From: Macrostomum lignano
Lineage: Eukaryota
Assembly (NCBI GenBank): GCA_002269645.1
Contig: NIVC01001145.1
Span: 62,001 to 126,000, forward strand
DNA: 64,000 bases
Direction: 5' to 3'
Position numbers and translations under genes: made by a program. A model generated the notes under the pieces. It saw nothing but the letters and a program-made list of their open reading frames with translations. It did no database searches and had not been told where the DNA came from. Shown here piece after piece: positions 13,301-26,300 of this stretch. The number at the start of each line of letters is the position of its first letter. Position 1 is the stretch's first letter.

Positions 13301-16300
13301 GGCTAGCTCAGCAACTGAGGATCTGGGAGGCTGGCTCAGCAACTGAGGATCTGGGAGACTGGCCCAGCAACTGAGGATCTGGGAGGCTGGCTCAGCAACG
13401 GAGAATCTGGGAGGCTGGCCCAGCAACTGAGGATCTGGGAGCTGGCCCAGCAACTGGGGATCTGAGAGGCTGGCCCAGCAAGTGAGGATCTGGGAGCTGG
13501 CCCAGCAAGTGAGGATCTGGGAGGCTGGCCCAGCAACTGAGGATCTGGGAGGCTGGCCCAGCAACTGAGGATCTGGGAGGCTGACCCAGCAACTGGGGAT
13601 CTGGGAGGCTGGCCCAGCAACTGAGGATCTGGGAGGCTGGCCCAGCAACTGAGAATCTGGAGGCTGGCCCAGCAACTGAGGATCTGGAAGGCTGGCCCAG
13701 CAACTGAGGATCTGGGAGGCTGGCCCAGCAAGTGAGGATCTGGAAGGCAGGCGGCAGCGGCCAAGCAACCGGATGGTTAGTGACAGTCAACAGTCGGATA
13801 TAAGCTAGCAATCCAGAACAATCAGAGATTACTTAACCAGTATTTGTACCTGATCATCATCTCCAGCTTCCAGGGGCTCCTCATCGCAGAGCTGCACTTG
13901 AAGGTTGCTATCACCGTTGTCGTCAGTCTTGACCGACTGCTCAGCAACCGCAGCAGCCGAAGTAGACGAAGACGAGGATTTCTTCTTCCGCCTAGCAACA
14001 CCGGAGGGCACCGGGGCCCGGCCGGAATGCCCCTCAGACATTGGAAACTGCTGCCGGCGTCTTGTCGGCGGCGATCGATTCTGGCTACTCAATTTCGAGT
14101 CATCCTTGATTGAATCTTCCGTTGCTGCTGACTGGTTGCTAGGCAACATAGAAGCTGAGTGCCGCTTCAAATACAAATTACCGTCTGGGGATTGGCTGAC
14201 AATACGAAGGCCACTCTCGATTCGATTGACCAGCTGTCGGGATTCCGCCTGGCCAATGGAGGCCGCATCAGCGTCCGAGTCGTAGACGTGCAGGCAGGCG
14301 AGCTCACGGTGCACCCGGACCAGCTCGCTGTGAGTTGGCCGCCTGGTGCTGATTGGGATGCGGCGAACTCGAGGATCGGATCTGATTAGTGCATGCGGTG
14401 GGTGATTTCAGGGACTAGGAATACAGGTTGTAGTTATATTGATCTGCGCGAAATTGCAGACTTTGGCTTAGATGAGGCGGAAAATTTTATACAAATCTGA
14501 GTGGAGAGAGACTGGCAGGGAAATCTCATGTATGATAAAGCTAGACAGGGGAAATCTCATGTAGGATAAAGTTGGGGAGGGGAAATCTCATGTAGGATAA
14601 AGCTAGGGAGGGGAAATCTCATGTGGAATAAAGCTAGGGAGGGGAAATCTCATGTAGGATAAAGCTAGCTGGGGAGGGGAAATATCATGTAGGATAAAGC
14701 TAGGGAGGGGAAATATCATGTAGGATAAAGCTAGCTGGGGAGGGGAAATATCATGTAGGATAAAGCAAGGGAGGGGAAATCTCATGTAGGATAAAGCTGG
14801 GGAGGGGAAATCTCATGTAGGATAAAGCTGGGGAGGGGAAATCTCATGTAGGATAAACCTGGGGAGGGGAAATCTCATGTAGGATAAAGCTAGCGAGGGG
14901 AAATCTCATGTAGGATAAAGCAAGGGAGGGGAAATCTCATGTAGGATAAACCTGGGGAGGGGAAATCTCATGTAGGATAAAGCTAGCGAGGGGAAATCTC
15001 ATGTAGGATAAAGCAAGGGAGGGGAAATCTCATGTAGGATAAAGCTGGGGAGGGGAAATCTCATGTAGGATAAACCTGGGGAGGGGAAATCTCATGTAGG
15101 ATAAAGCTAGGGAGGGGAAATCTCATGTGGAATAAAGCTAGGGAGGGGAAATCTCATGTAGGATAAAGCTAGCTGGGGAGGGGAAATCTCATGTGAGATA
15201 AAGCTGGGGAGGGGAAATCTCATGTAGGATAAAGCTAGCGAGGGGAAATCTCATGTAGGATAAAGCAAGGGAGGGGAAATCTCATGTAGGATAAAGCTAG
15301 CGAGGGGAAATCTCATGTAGGATAAAGCAAGGGAGGGGAAATCTCATGTAGGATAAAGCAAGGGAGGGGAAATCTCATGTAGGATAAAGCTGGGGAAAGG
15401 AAATCTCATGTGAGATAAAGCTGGGGAGGGGAAATCTCATGTAGGATAAAGCTAGGGAGGGGAAATCTCATGTAGGATAAGGCAAGGGAGGGGAAATCTC
15501 ATGTAGGATAAAGCAAGGGAGGGGAAATCTCATGTAGGATAAAGCTGGGGAGGGGAAATCTCATGTGAGATAAAGCTGGGGAGGGGAAATCTCATGTAGG
15601 ATAAAGCTAGGGAGGGGAAATCTCATGTAGGAAAAGGCTAGGGAGGGGAAATCTCATGTGGAATAAAGCTAGGGAGGGGAAATCTCATGTAGGATAAAGC
15701 TAGCTGGGGAGGGGAAATCTCATGTAGGATAAAGCTAGGGAGGGGAAATCTCATGTAGGATAAAGCAAGGGAGGGGAAATCTCATGTAGGATAAAGCAAG
15801 GGAGGGGAAATCTCATGTAGGATAAAGCTGGGGAGGGGAAATCTCATGTGAGATAAAGCTGGGGAGGGGAAATCTCATGTAGGATAAAGCTAGGGAGGGG
15901 AAATCTCATGTAGGAAAAGGCTAGGGAGGGGAAATCTCATGTGGAATAAAGCTAGGGAGGGGAAATCTCATGTAGGATAAAGCTAGGGAGGGGAAATCTC
16001 ATGTGGAATAAAGCTAGGGAGGGGAAATCTCATGTAGGATAAAGCTAGCTGGGGAGGGGAAATCTCATGTGAGATAAAGCTGGGGAGGGGAAATCTCATG
16101 TAGGATAAAGCTAGCGAGGGGAAATCTCATGTAGGATAAAGCAAGGGAGGGGAAATCTCATGTAGGATAAAGCTAGCGAGGGGAAATCTCATGTAGGATA
16201 AAGCTAGCGAGGGGAAATCTCATGTAGGATAAAGCTGGGGAGGGGAAATCTCATGTGAGATAAAGCTGGGGAGGGGAAATCTCATGTGAGATAAAGCTGG

Positions 16301-17704
16301 GGAGGGGAAATCTCATGTAGGATAAAGCTGGGGAGGGGAAATCTCATGTAGGATAAAGCTGGGGAGGGGAAATCTCATGTAGGATAAAGCTGGGGAGGGG
16401 AAATCTCACCGAGCATAAAGCTATGATACGGAAATCCCACGGAAAAATCAGATTAGAATAAGCAGCAAATGTCCACACAAAAAACTCACTTTGCAATCGG
16501 CGATGGAGGGCCTAGAAAGATGGCCTGCTGCTGCTTACTAATCCGAATCAATACGAAATGACAAGCGTTCAATTCGTCAGTCCACGAGGCCAGCAGGTTT
16601 TGAATCTTCTCGCGCAGATGCGCCTCGCAACGGCGCCGAAGATTGGCGCCGGCAGATTTCGGTCCGCTAGCGCCGCCAGATTGAGAATCGCGCGCGCTCT
16701 GCAGTCCGCCCTGGCGTTTCCGTACGGCGTATTGGTGAAACGTTTTGTGAGCCACGGCTCGGCCAGATTCGTCAAATATTGCGCCGGCGAAATGACCGCC
16801 GGCTAGCATTAGAATTGCCCAGCGAAGCATTCTCGGCAGGGCGGCGGCTCGGCTCAGCAGAGACTCTTCGCTTGGGGCGGGCAGGTCGAATAGGCATCGG
16901 GCTATGCTCACGTACTCGCGGTCTTTGTTTAGGAAGAACAGACGGCCCGACTGGCTGAGCAGCTGGTGACGGGAGAGCGACGCAAAGCTGCCGTCTGACT
17001 GGCCACCGGCCTGCGGGGTCGGGGCGAGGATTCAGGGGCTAGGGGTTGAGGGGGATTCTTATCTGCAGGGGTTGAGGGGGATTCTTATCTGCAGGGGTTG
17101 AGGGGCGATTCTTATCTGTAGGGGTTGAGGGTCGATTCTTATCTGTAGGGGTTGAGGGGCGATTCTTATCTGTAAGGACGTTAGGGGCGATTTTTTTCGC
17201 AGCGATATTTTAAGCAGCTAATTTTCAGCTTACCTTGGCATCATTATTTTTAGCATAACTATTATTATCGTTCTCGGAGCTCGACGAATCCGAATCGTCT
17301 TCATCTTCATCGCCCGAGAGGCTGGACAGATCGGACGAAGCAAGCGAGCCGTCAGGTCCCGCTGCTCCACCGCCGTTGATCAGCTGATCGAATTCGGCTT
17401 CGCTAATACAAGCCTGTTGCTTAGCAACCCGATGCCGATTGTACAGATGCCAATCGGAGCGGAAATGCTCGCGCTGCTCGGCGCAACTGGAGAACTGCTC
17501 GCCGCATGTGGCGCATTGGAAAGAATCTAACTGCTGCTGCTGCTTTTGCTGCTCCTGGGGGAATAGGTTGAATTTACCTTTTAGCTTATCAAGCTGTCAA
17601 TCTGCTTTTCCATGTGTCTGTTTGTATGGCTGTCTTTCCGTCAGTCTGTCTGCCTGCCTGCCTGTGCCTGTCTGTCTATCTGTCTGTCTGTTTATCTGTC
17701 GTCC

Positions 17705-17741
<37 letters not shown>

Positions 17742-17812
17742 GCCTGTCTGTTTATCTGTCTGTCTGTTTATCTGTCGTCCTGTCTGTCTGTTTGTCTGTT
17801 TATCTGTCGTCC

Positions 17813-17845
<33 letters not shown>

Positions 17846-18194
17846 GCCTGCCTGTCTGTCTATCTGTCTGTCTGTTTATCTGTCGTCCTGTCTGTCTGTC
17901 TATCTGTCTGTCTGTCTAGCAATCACTGCATCAAGCAAAACCCGCACACAGTACCTGTTGCTCTTCAGCCGCAGCCTGGGCAGCAGTCTCAGCACCGGAT
18001 GAGCTGGTGCTCAACCTGGCAACACCGTCGGCATCGTGATACAGGAGTCGCAGGCCGGTCAGCAGTTCGGTGCTCTGCTTGAAATTAAACAGCGGCACAG
18101 TGCCGCAGGTGCGCTGGCAATGACGGGGCACAAGGCCGTCCAGTCTAGCTCGCTGATTCTGCGGCTGCGACTGCTGCTTCTCTACAGTGGCCAT
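10323..18194 (-). CDS. ANKZF1: ANKZF1/Vms1 ribosome-quality-control tRNA endonuclease / peptidyl-tRNA release factor, 6 exons, about 799 aa
   Basis: Exons (minus): 18194-17955, 17554-17234, 17010-16490, 14381-13850, 12843-12316 (alternative acceptor near 12878), 10580-10323; phases consistent. C2H2 finger [30 protein letters not shown]1 domain GGHFAGAIF...[21 protein letters not shown]...SAGANLRR retains the catalytic Gln. [15 protein letters not shown] motif. Ankyrin repeats TLLHLAASN...[18 protein letters not shown], then a coiled coil and C-terminal treble clef CFQC...[10 protein letters not shown]. Confidence 0.93.
10615..12270. repeat. 26/23-bp minisatellite (ATGACACCAATCATAATGACACCTGT), ANKZF1 intron 5
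   Basis: Tandem units with a 638-bp higher-order duplication. Confidence 0.97.
12885..13747. repeat. 28-bp minisatellite (same family and orientation as 5938-7457), ANKZF1 intron 4
   Basis: Units GGGAGGCTGGCCCAGCAACTGAGGATCT, plus GCTAGCTCAGC variants. Confidence 0.97.
14512..16408. repeat. About 31-bp minisatellite (GGGAGGGGAAATCTCATGTAGGATAAAGCTA), ANKZF1 intron 3
   Basis: About 60 units of 30-35 bp. Confidence 0.97.
17035..17190. repeat. Short array of about 27-bp units (GGGGTTGAGGGGGATTCTTATCTGCA), ANKZF1 intron 2
   Basis: About 5 units adjacent to the exon 3 acceptor. Confidence 0.85.
17610..17917. repeat. (TCTG)n microsatellite, ANKZF1 intron 1
   Basis: Direct. Confidence 0.95.
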
Positions 18195-18239
18195 GCATCA
18201 GGTAGGTGAGGATTCAGGACTAGGATTACCTTTACAGCT

Positions 18240-18872
<633 letters not shown>

Positions 18873-19377
18873 TATCTTTGACTTTGTGATTTAAAAAATA
18901 AAATTTTGAAAAAAAACATTAGTAGAGATTATTTTTATTTCAGCTGAAATGGGTCAAACTGCAGTGTATTTATAATATTAATTCCTACTATCCGTTTATA
19001 ATGACAATAAAACTAACAAAAGCAACTAATAAACAGACGATAACATAATTATTTCACAAATTATAAACAAGTACAAAAGTGAACCAACGTGACAAGTTGA
19101 TTAATAATTCACAAAATCTATTTTTAGATTTTATAATCGTAAATAAAAATTAGGCAAAACGATAAAGATTACAATAATAAAACAAATATAACCAATGACA
19201 ATACGGTGAGATTGTAGAAATTTTTACTTAACTACACATATAATACTTACAAGCGCATAGAAAGGTGGGACAAAAGAGTAGACACAATAAAACAATACGG
19301 AACTTAGCAGCCCACACATATGTACAGAACTTAGTTTTAGGCACTTTATTTATTTTTTAAAAATGAAACTCAACCTT

Positions 19378-20055
19378 ACCTTGCAATTTGGGGATCTGAG
19401 TTGCAGTTTGGGGATTCGAGTTGCAGTTTGGGGATTTGAGTTGCAGTTTGTGGATTTGAGTTGCAGTTTGTGGATTTGAGTTGCAGTTTTTCTGGGATTC
19501 GAATTGCAATTTGGGGATTCGAGTTGCAGTTTGGGGATTTGAGGTGCAGTTTGTGGATTTGAGTTGCGGTTTTTCTGGGATTCGAATTGCAATTTGGGGA
19601 TCTGAGTTGCAGTTTGGGGATTCGAATTGCAGCTTGGGGATCTGAGTTGCAGTTTGGGGATCTAAGTTGCAGTTTGGGGATTCGAATTGCAGCTTGGGGA
19701 TCTGAGTTGCAGTTTGGGGATTCGAATTGCAGCTTGGGGATCTGAGTTGCAGTTTGGGGATTCGAATTGCAGTTTGGGGATCTGAGTTGCAGTTTGGGGA
19801 TTCGAATTGCAGCTTGGGGATCTGAGCTGCAGTTTGGGGATCTGAGCTGCAGTTTGGGGATTTTAGTTGCAGCTTGGGGATCTGAGCTGCAGTTTGGGGA
19901 TCTGAGCTGCAGTTTGGGGATCTGAGTTGCAGTTTGGGGATTTGAGTTGCAGTTTGGGGATCTGAGTTGCAGTTTGGGGATTTTAGTTGCAGCTTGGGGA
20001 TCTGAGTTGCAGTTTGGGGATCTGAGTTGCAATTTGGGGATTGGAGTTGCAGTTT
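19378..20055. repeat. 20-bp minisatellite (GAGTTGCAGTTTGGGGATCT) between PAXIP1 and ANKZF1
   Basis: Tandem units producing the 20-aa-period spurious ORF. Confidence 0.95.
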
Positions 20056-20347
20056 TTAGGGATAAACATGTAATAATTTAGAAGTGAGACAAAAACGATG
20101 CATGAAACAATTTCCTAACAAACTGAAAACTAAAAAAGCCATGCAAGAGAAAAGCACAGAGAGCAATTATAAAGACATTAAAACTGACAAAAAATTCGCA
20201 GAGATAACCTATACACGGATAGATATAGATAAGAAGTATGCAATTGAATAAGCAAACAGACAATAGTTGATGACCAATTGTTATGCTATCAAAAATTTAT
20301 TTCCAATAATTATTACAAATCAGTAATTAATTATGACTAAGTAATCA

Positions 20348-23300
20348 TTACTCAAATCCTTGTTTAACACTGCCAGATGACTCATCTTGCTGTTGACGCT
20401 GAACTGTAGGAGAACGATTAATCGTTGATGAAGTAGAAGATGCTGCAACAGTAGCAACAGTAGCCCCAGTAGTCCCGGATTTGGCAATATGAGATCCATC
20501 ATTTTGAGCACTATTGGACACAGGTCGAACAGCTGCGTTAGAAAGTTCCGTAGCTACTGCCGTATTACTATTAGTAGTATCAACAGTAGTAGCAGTAGTA
20601 TTAGTAGCAGTTACAGCTAAGCTAGGCTCCTGCTTTTCCACTTTAATAGTAATCTGACTGGCTGAGTTAGTAGCACCGTCAGTAGTAGATGCAGATGCGG
20701 TCGGTTTTGATGAAGCCTGAGCGTCAGATTCAGCGGAGACTGGAGGAGCAACGGCCGCAGGCGGTGGCGGCGGAGGCGGCGGTGGTGGCGACACAGGCGG
20801 TCGAATAGGGAATGGCGACTTTTTGAATTGCAACTGATGAGACAGAAGATCAACGCGCTGGTGAAGGGCGCAGTCCAATATAAATGACTCGCTTTGGACA
20901 GCTGAATGGGGGTTTAGACAGGGGGGTGGGGTTGGGGCTGGGGTTAAATCAGTTTATTTATGCATTCTGCTGACCAATAGGCGCACATACATTTTCATAG
21001 TATGTACACTGGCCACCCGTTGACAATGTACACCTCACTCCTCTGTGCCTTAGCGCTGTAACATGGGTTACTTAAAGACAGAATTATCCTATCTGTCTGT
21101 CTTACCTCTGTTTTACCTGTCTACTTGATTTAGTGTCTGTCTGTCAGTTTTACCTGTCTGTCTTTGTCTTGCCTGTCTATCTGTCTTACCTGTCTTAGTG
21201 TCGATCTGTCTTTTTGTCTAGCTGTCTGTCTGTCTGTGTGTTTTCTGTCTGTTTCTGCTTTGTCTATTTACTATTAAATCACTTTCAAAGTCTATATCTA
21301 GCTGTATCCGTATCTTTCCCAATCTTTTCTATTAAAATTTTGCTATTAGAAAAGTTTATTTCGATACATATCGTCAAAACTAATAAATGAGTAACAAAGC
21401 TCACCTAAGCGTCCGTGTTTACCACGCAGCAGATAGTGAACGCAGTGACAATCTTCCTCAGTGCCAACAAACAGATGCTTGGGCGCCAGCTCGCTATGGC
21501 ACTGATCAGCTGGCGGCAGGCGTTCAATAATATGCCCGCCGTTGATATTAATCAGCTTCCTAATTAGGTCATCTCGTACAGCTCCGCCGCAGCCGCCGCA
21601 GGTTGGGCCTAGACAGAAGGTATAACCGGAAAATAGCTTCTTCTGCCGGCTGGACTCTAGCACCGAGGCCAGACTGATGCCCAGCTGCCGCTCGCCATCT
21701 GTATCGGACAGTGCAAACGATTCGGGTTGCAGCCAAGCCTCTGCACTGGCCGATTCGTTCAACCAATCGGTATTAACAATTGGCACACCGCTAGATACTG
21801 CTAATAGTAGTTTAGGCGTGACAGCTAACGATGGCGTCACTAATATTTGACACTTCTCCGATTCTGTATCTTTCAACAGACGGCCGCCTAGCTTAGTGCA
21901 CAGTTGGGCGCATTGAGTTCGATCTTCTTTTGTTAGACCGGACACGGCTACTAGCAGGGGCTCGTCCGTTGGCCGCTGCCACACCGGTTGAGTGACAGCC
22001 GCGGCGGCGGAACTGTTGGCCGGGTCGCGGTTGACGGCGCCAGCGAGTTCGAGTCTAATAAAAACGTTTATGTGCCGATATGTATCGAAAGTACACATAA
22101 ACCCCCAAAAATTGTTTCCAGAAGGAATACTAAATCATGCAAGACACGTATAATAGTTTATGTACCTATATCATACCTGCATTAATACTAAGTAGACGTA
22201 ACCTAGCCGATATGTATAGAAAAACAAGTTTACTAATAGTTAATAAAATTTCTAAATCTGCTATTGCCTCACCGATATGTATCGAAAGAAACATTTACTA
22301 CATAAGGATACTATTAAAAGTACGTGAAAGGAAAAAAATAGCATTAGCTATAAATCCATCAATTTAAGACACAAAAATCCGATATGTATAGAAAAAGAGG
22401 TTGACCAATAGGTTTTTTATTCATTGTTATAATAACGACATGTATCGAAAGTACACTTTACTGTACTTACTTGATTCTCTTAACGGAACCAGTCGAATCA
22501 GCCTGCGCCTCCTCTAATTTGCGCTTCTTATCGCCACTGTTCATTAATTTACGATTCTCCACAGCAGCCTAAAGGGGTTCGAGAAGATATGAAGATTTAG
22601 ATACTACACACATGGATAGATAATAGATAGATACAAATAAATAAGCTAGTACTATACCTGCAGCATCTCAACAGTGACATGAACAGGTGTTGTCCAAGGT
22701 GCTAAAAAAGGTAGTTATAAAAATTACAAAACTTTGCAAATTAACATATGAAAAAATATTAACTGACAGAGAACCACGAGATAATGACTAACCCATCAGA
22801 GCTTCAGATTCGCCTTTAGCCAGCATTAATTCGTTATTTTTATTTGCGTCCCACCGGCTGTATTTATCGGACACTGGTTTTGCTAGGATAGCAAAACTGC
22901 CACGATACAGATCCATGACAAATTTGGCATTCACCACCTGTACACGAAAAAAGAAAAATTATGTAATTGCGTAATTTTTCATAGACTGCCTTAAAATTTA
23001 ATGACGGTATTTTTGACTGCCTACTTTTAACAAAATATACGAGTAGTATCATTAGCATTTTTGAATAAAAGAATTGATAAATTTTTTTAAAACAGCTTAC
23101 AGCAATGCCAAGACCACGAGCCTTATGAACAACATCTGTGTCGCCTTTTTTGCAGACAAGCACAGAAACGGTGGCGCACAATACAGGTGAATAACGAGCG
23201 CCTAAGCTTTTGATCATGTAGTACAGCTTGAGGCGATCGTCCACAGCGAAGCCGTGAATAGCGAATACCTGAATAAAGATAATTGGCAGGCGCACTAGCA

Positions 23301-26300
23301 TTAACATTAATAGGGACACATTTCACTGCCGCAAATAAATGCTATAGGAGACCAGCAGGCACACGGGGATTACGTAAACGGGAACATGTTCGCACAGGGT
23401 GTACTTTCTCGGTTAATGCGACCAAGCGCGAATTCGAACTCAGTCAACCTTGGGTCGAGAGTCAGACGCATGGGTCTAAGTCGAAAATTGACTGCCAGTA
23501 ATTTGACTGTCAAACCTGAACCTAATCTACATAAACATATTCCAGATTTATCCTAAACCCGGGTTCCTAAATCTGACCTGAAATCTAACCTTAACCGAAA
23601 TTTCACTCATTAAAACCGATCCTATTTGGGTTTAGGGACCCTAATTCCTCACCCAAACCTAAGCCCTAATTCCTAAACTTTAATTCCTGAACCTATCCTA
23701 AGCCCTAAAATCTACCTAAACCCTAATTGTAAACCTTGTTTAATTCCTACCTAAACTCAGATTCCTACCTAAACCCAGATTCCTACCTTAACCCTAATTC
23801 CTACGAAAACCCTAATTCCTACCTAAACTCTAATTCCTACGTAAACCCTAATTCCGAAATCTAATCCTAAACCCCAATTCCTAAACATATCCTAAACCTT
23901 AATTCCTTAACCCTAATTCCTACCTAACCCTAATTCCTAAACCTTGACTAAATCGCTGACAGTAAATTGCCTTGCCCCCCTGATGCGTTACACCATCGCT
24001 AGCAGCTTTCTAAAAGTGTAAATAAAAAACAATAAGAAAAAGAAGAACCAACCTGATCCCGGCAATAGGACGGCGAGCTTTGCCTATCAACAATGCAGGG
24101 CAGATGCTGCAGCTCAGTTGGCGGCTCCATTGTGCCTTTGGTAATGCAGGCGGCCAACCAATTCATGCTCACTATGCGCTTCTTGTCTTGCAGAGCCTGC
24201 GCAATATAGTTATGAGATATTGTTAATAAAATAAATAATCCGGTTTGCTTTATGATCTATGATAATCGTATTTTGTTTTATTGATGAGAACAGAAAAACT
24301 GAAGAGAGAAGAGGAAAGAGGAGATGAAGATAAAAGAAGAGAGGAAATGACAGAAAAGATGAGAGTAGATAAGATGGGAGAGATGAAAGGAGAGAAGAGA
24401 TGAGAGGAAATGGGAGAGTGGAGAGAGAGAGAAGAGATGAGAGAAGAGAGGAGAAAAGAGAGAAGAGGAAAGAGAGGAGAAAGAAGAGGAAAAAGGAGAT
24501 AGGAGAGAGAGGAGAGAGAAGGAAAAATGAGAGAGGGGAGAGAGGAGAGAGGAGATAGGGGAGAGGAAAGAGAAGAGGGGAAAAGAGGGAAAAGGAGAGA
24601 GAAGAGGGGAAAAGAGAGAGAAGAGGGGAGAGGAGAGAGAAGAGAAAAGAGAGGAGAGAGAAGAGGGAGAGGAGACAGGGGAGAGAGGAAAGAGAAGAGG
24701 GGAAAAGAGGGGATAGGAGAAGGAGAGGAGAGAGAGGGGAGAGGAGAGAGAATAGGGGAGAAGAGAGGAGATGACAGAGAAGAGAGAAGAGGGGAGAAGA
24801 GAGGAGAGGACAGAGAGAGAAGAGGGGAGAAGAGAGGAGAGGACAGAGAAGAGAGACGAGAGAAGAGGGGAGAGGAGAAAAGAGGGAGATGGAAGAGGAG
24901 AGAGAGGAGGGGACAGTGGAGGAAGAATAGGGGTGAGGGGAGGAGAGCTGAGAAGAGACATAAACCTTGAACAGGCCGGATTACTATTTGTAACAGGTCG
25001 TTTATCGGTAGTCTCTGAAAGGCCTCTCACGCCCACTACCTTACACGCCTGCTACCCCTCTGCCACGACAGGCAGAAACTTCGAAGAACTGAGACAAGTC
25101 CTTTTCTTAGGTTTGAGCTCAAACTTTACTCAACTCGGCAGTGGAGAGCCTCGGCTCTTTCAATTGCATTGTATTTATAATGCTCGACATTGTGCTCGGG
25201 GGCAGCGTTGGGTGGTGGCGTGATATTTTTCCGCCCCACCCATCTTATTTGCTTTTTTGTATAGTTAGGCAGTAAGATAAATTAACACGGAGAGGGCACG
25301 CATGGTCTGCGTGGCTGTTTTAGTGCAGGCAAATGGGTGGGTCTAACATTAAATATCTATGATAAGTTTGTAATAGCATATCAGCGATTTGAACGCTGAT
25401 ATCCCTCCACGTTTCACAGGCTGACGTCCCCGTCAGCACATTCTTCTTGTACACCCCCAGTTGTGCAGACTCGTAGTCTTGATCCGTCGCTCTGATGTCT
25501 TGGGGGCCTCACAGTTTGGTTGCGCAGCTCTTTAATTGAGTGATTGATGCGCAGGCCTTCACCCTATGCGAAGGTCGTGGGTTCCTGCGGACTTATCTGG
25601 TGGCGGCTGCAACCACGTCGTTCTCCGCTGAAGGAAGCACGGTTTTGTCCTGCCGGTTTTCGTGAAGTACAAGTCTTTTGAATTTGATTGCCGGTCTTTT
25701 TGCCGGCCGAGAAGAATCCAAGGTGATGAGGCGCGTTGAACACAGGCGACACATTAGCGGGTTTGATTTGATCTCCACAGTTGGTGCTTTCGAGTGCTTC
25801 TGTAGAGCGGCGGTTGCACAGTAGTGGCTATTGATGTCACTGTCGCGTCTTAATACCGTCAAGCATGCTACGTTGTCACCAGATCGCATGTCGCTTGAAG
25901 ATCGCTGTGTTGTCCCAGCACGCAGGCTTCCATGCCGCACTCGCTTTTGACTCTGCCCGTTCTTCGTCGATTCTGCTGCCATGACAGGAACTCAGATGAT
26001 GTCTAGCGGACTCACACGGTCAAAGGGAACCACGTGTAACAGGTCGTTTATCGGTAGTCTCTGAAAGGCCTCTCACGCCCACTACCTTACACGCCTGCTA
26101 CCCCTCTGCCACGACAGGCAGAAACTTCGAAGAACTGAGACAAGTCCTTTTCTTAGGTTTGAGCTCAAACTTTACTCAACTCGGCAGTGGAGAGCCTCGG
26201 CTCTTTCAATTGCATTGTATTTATAATGCTCGACATTGTGCTCGGGGGCAGCGTTGGGTGGTGGCGTGATATTTTTCCGCCCCACCCATCTTATTTGCTT

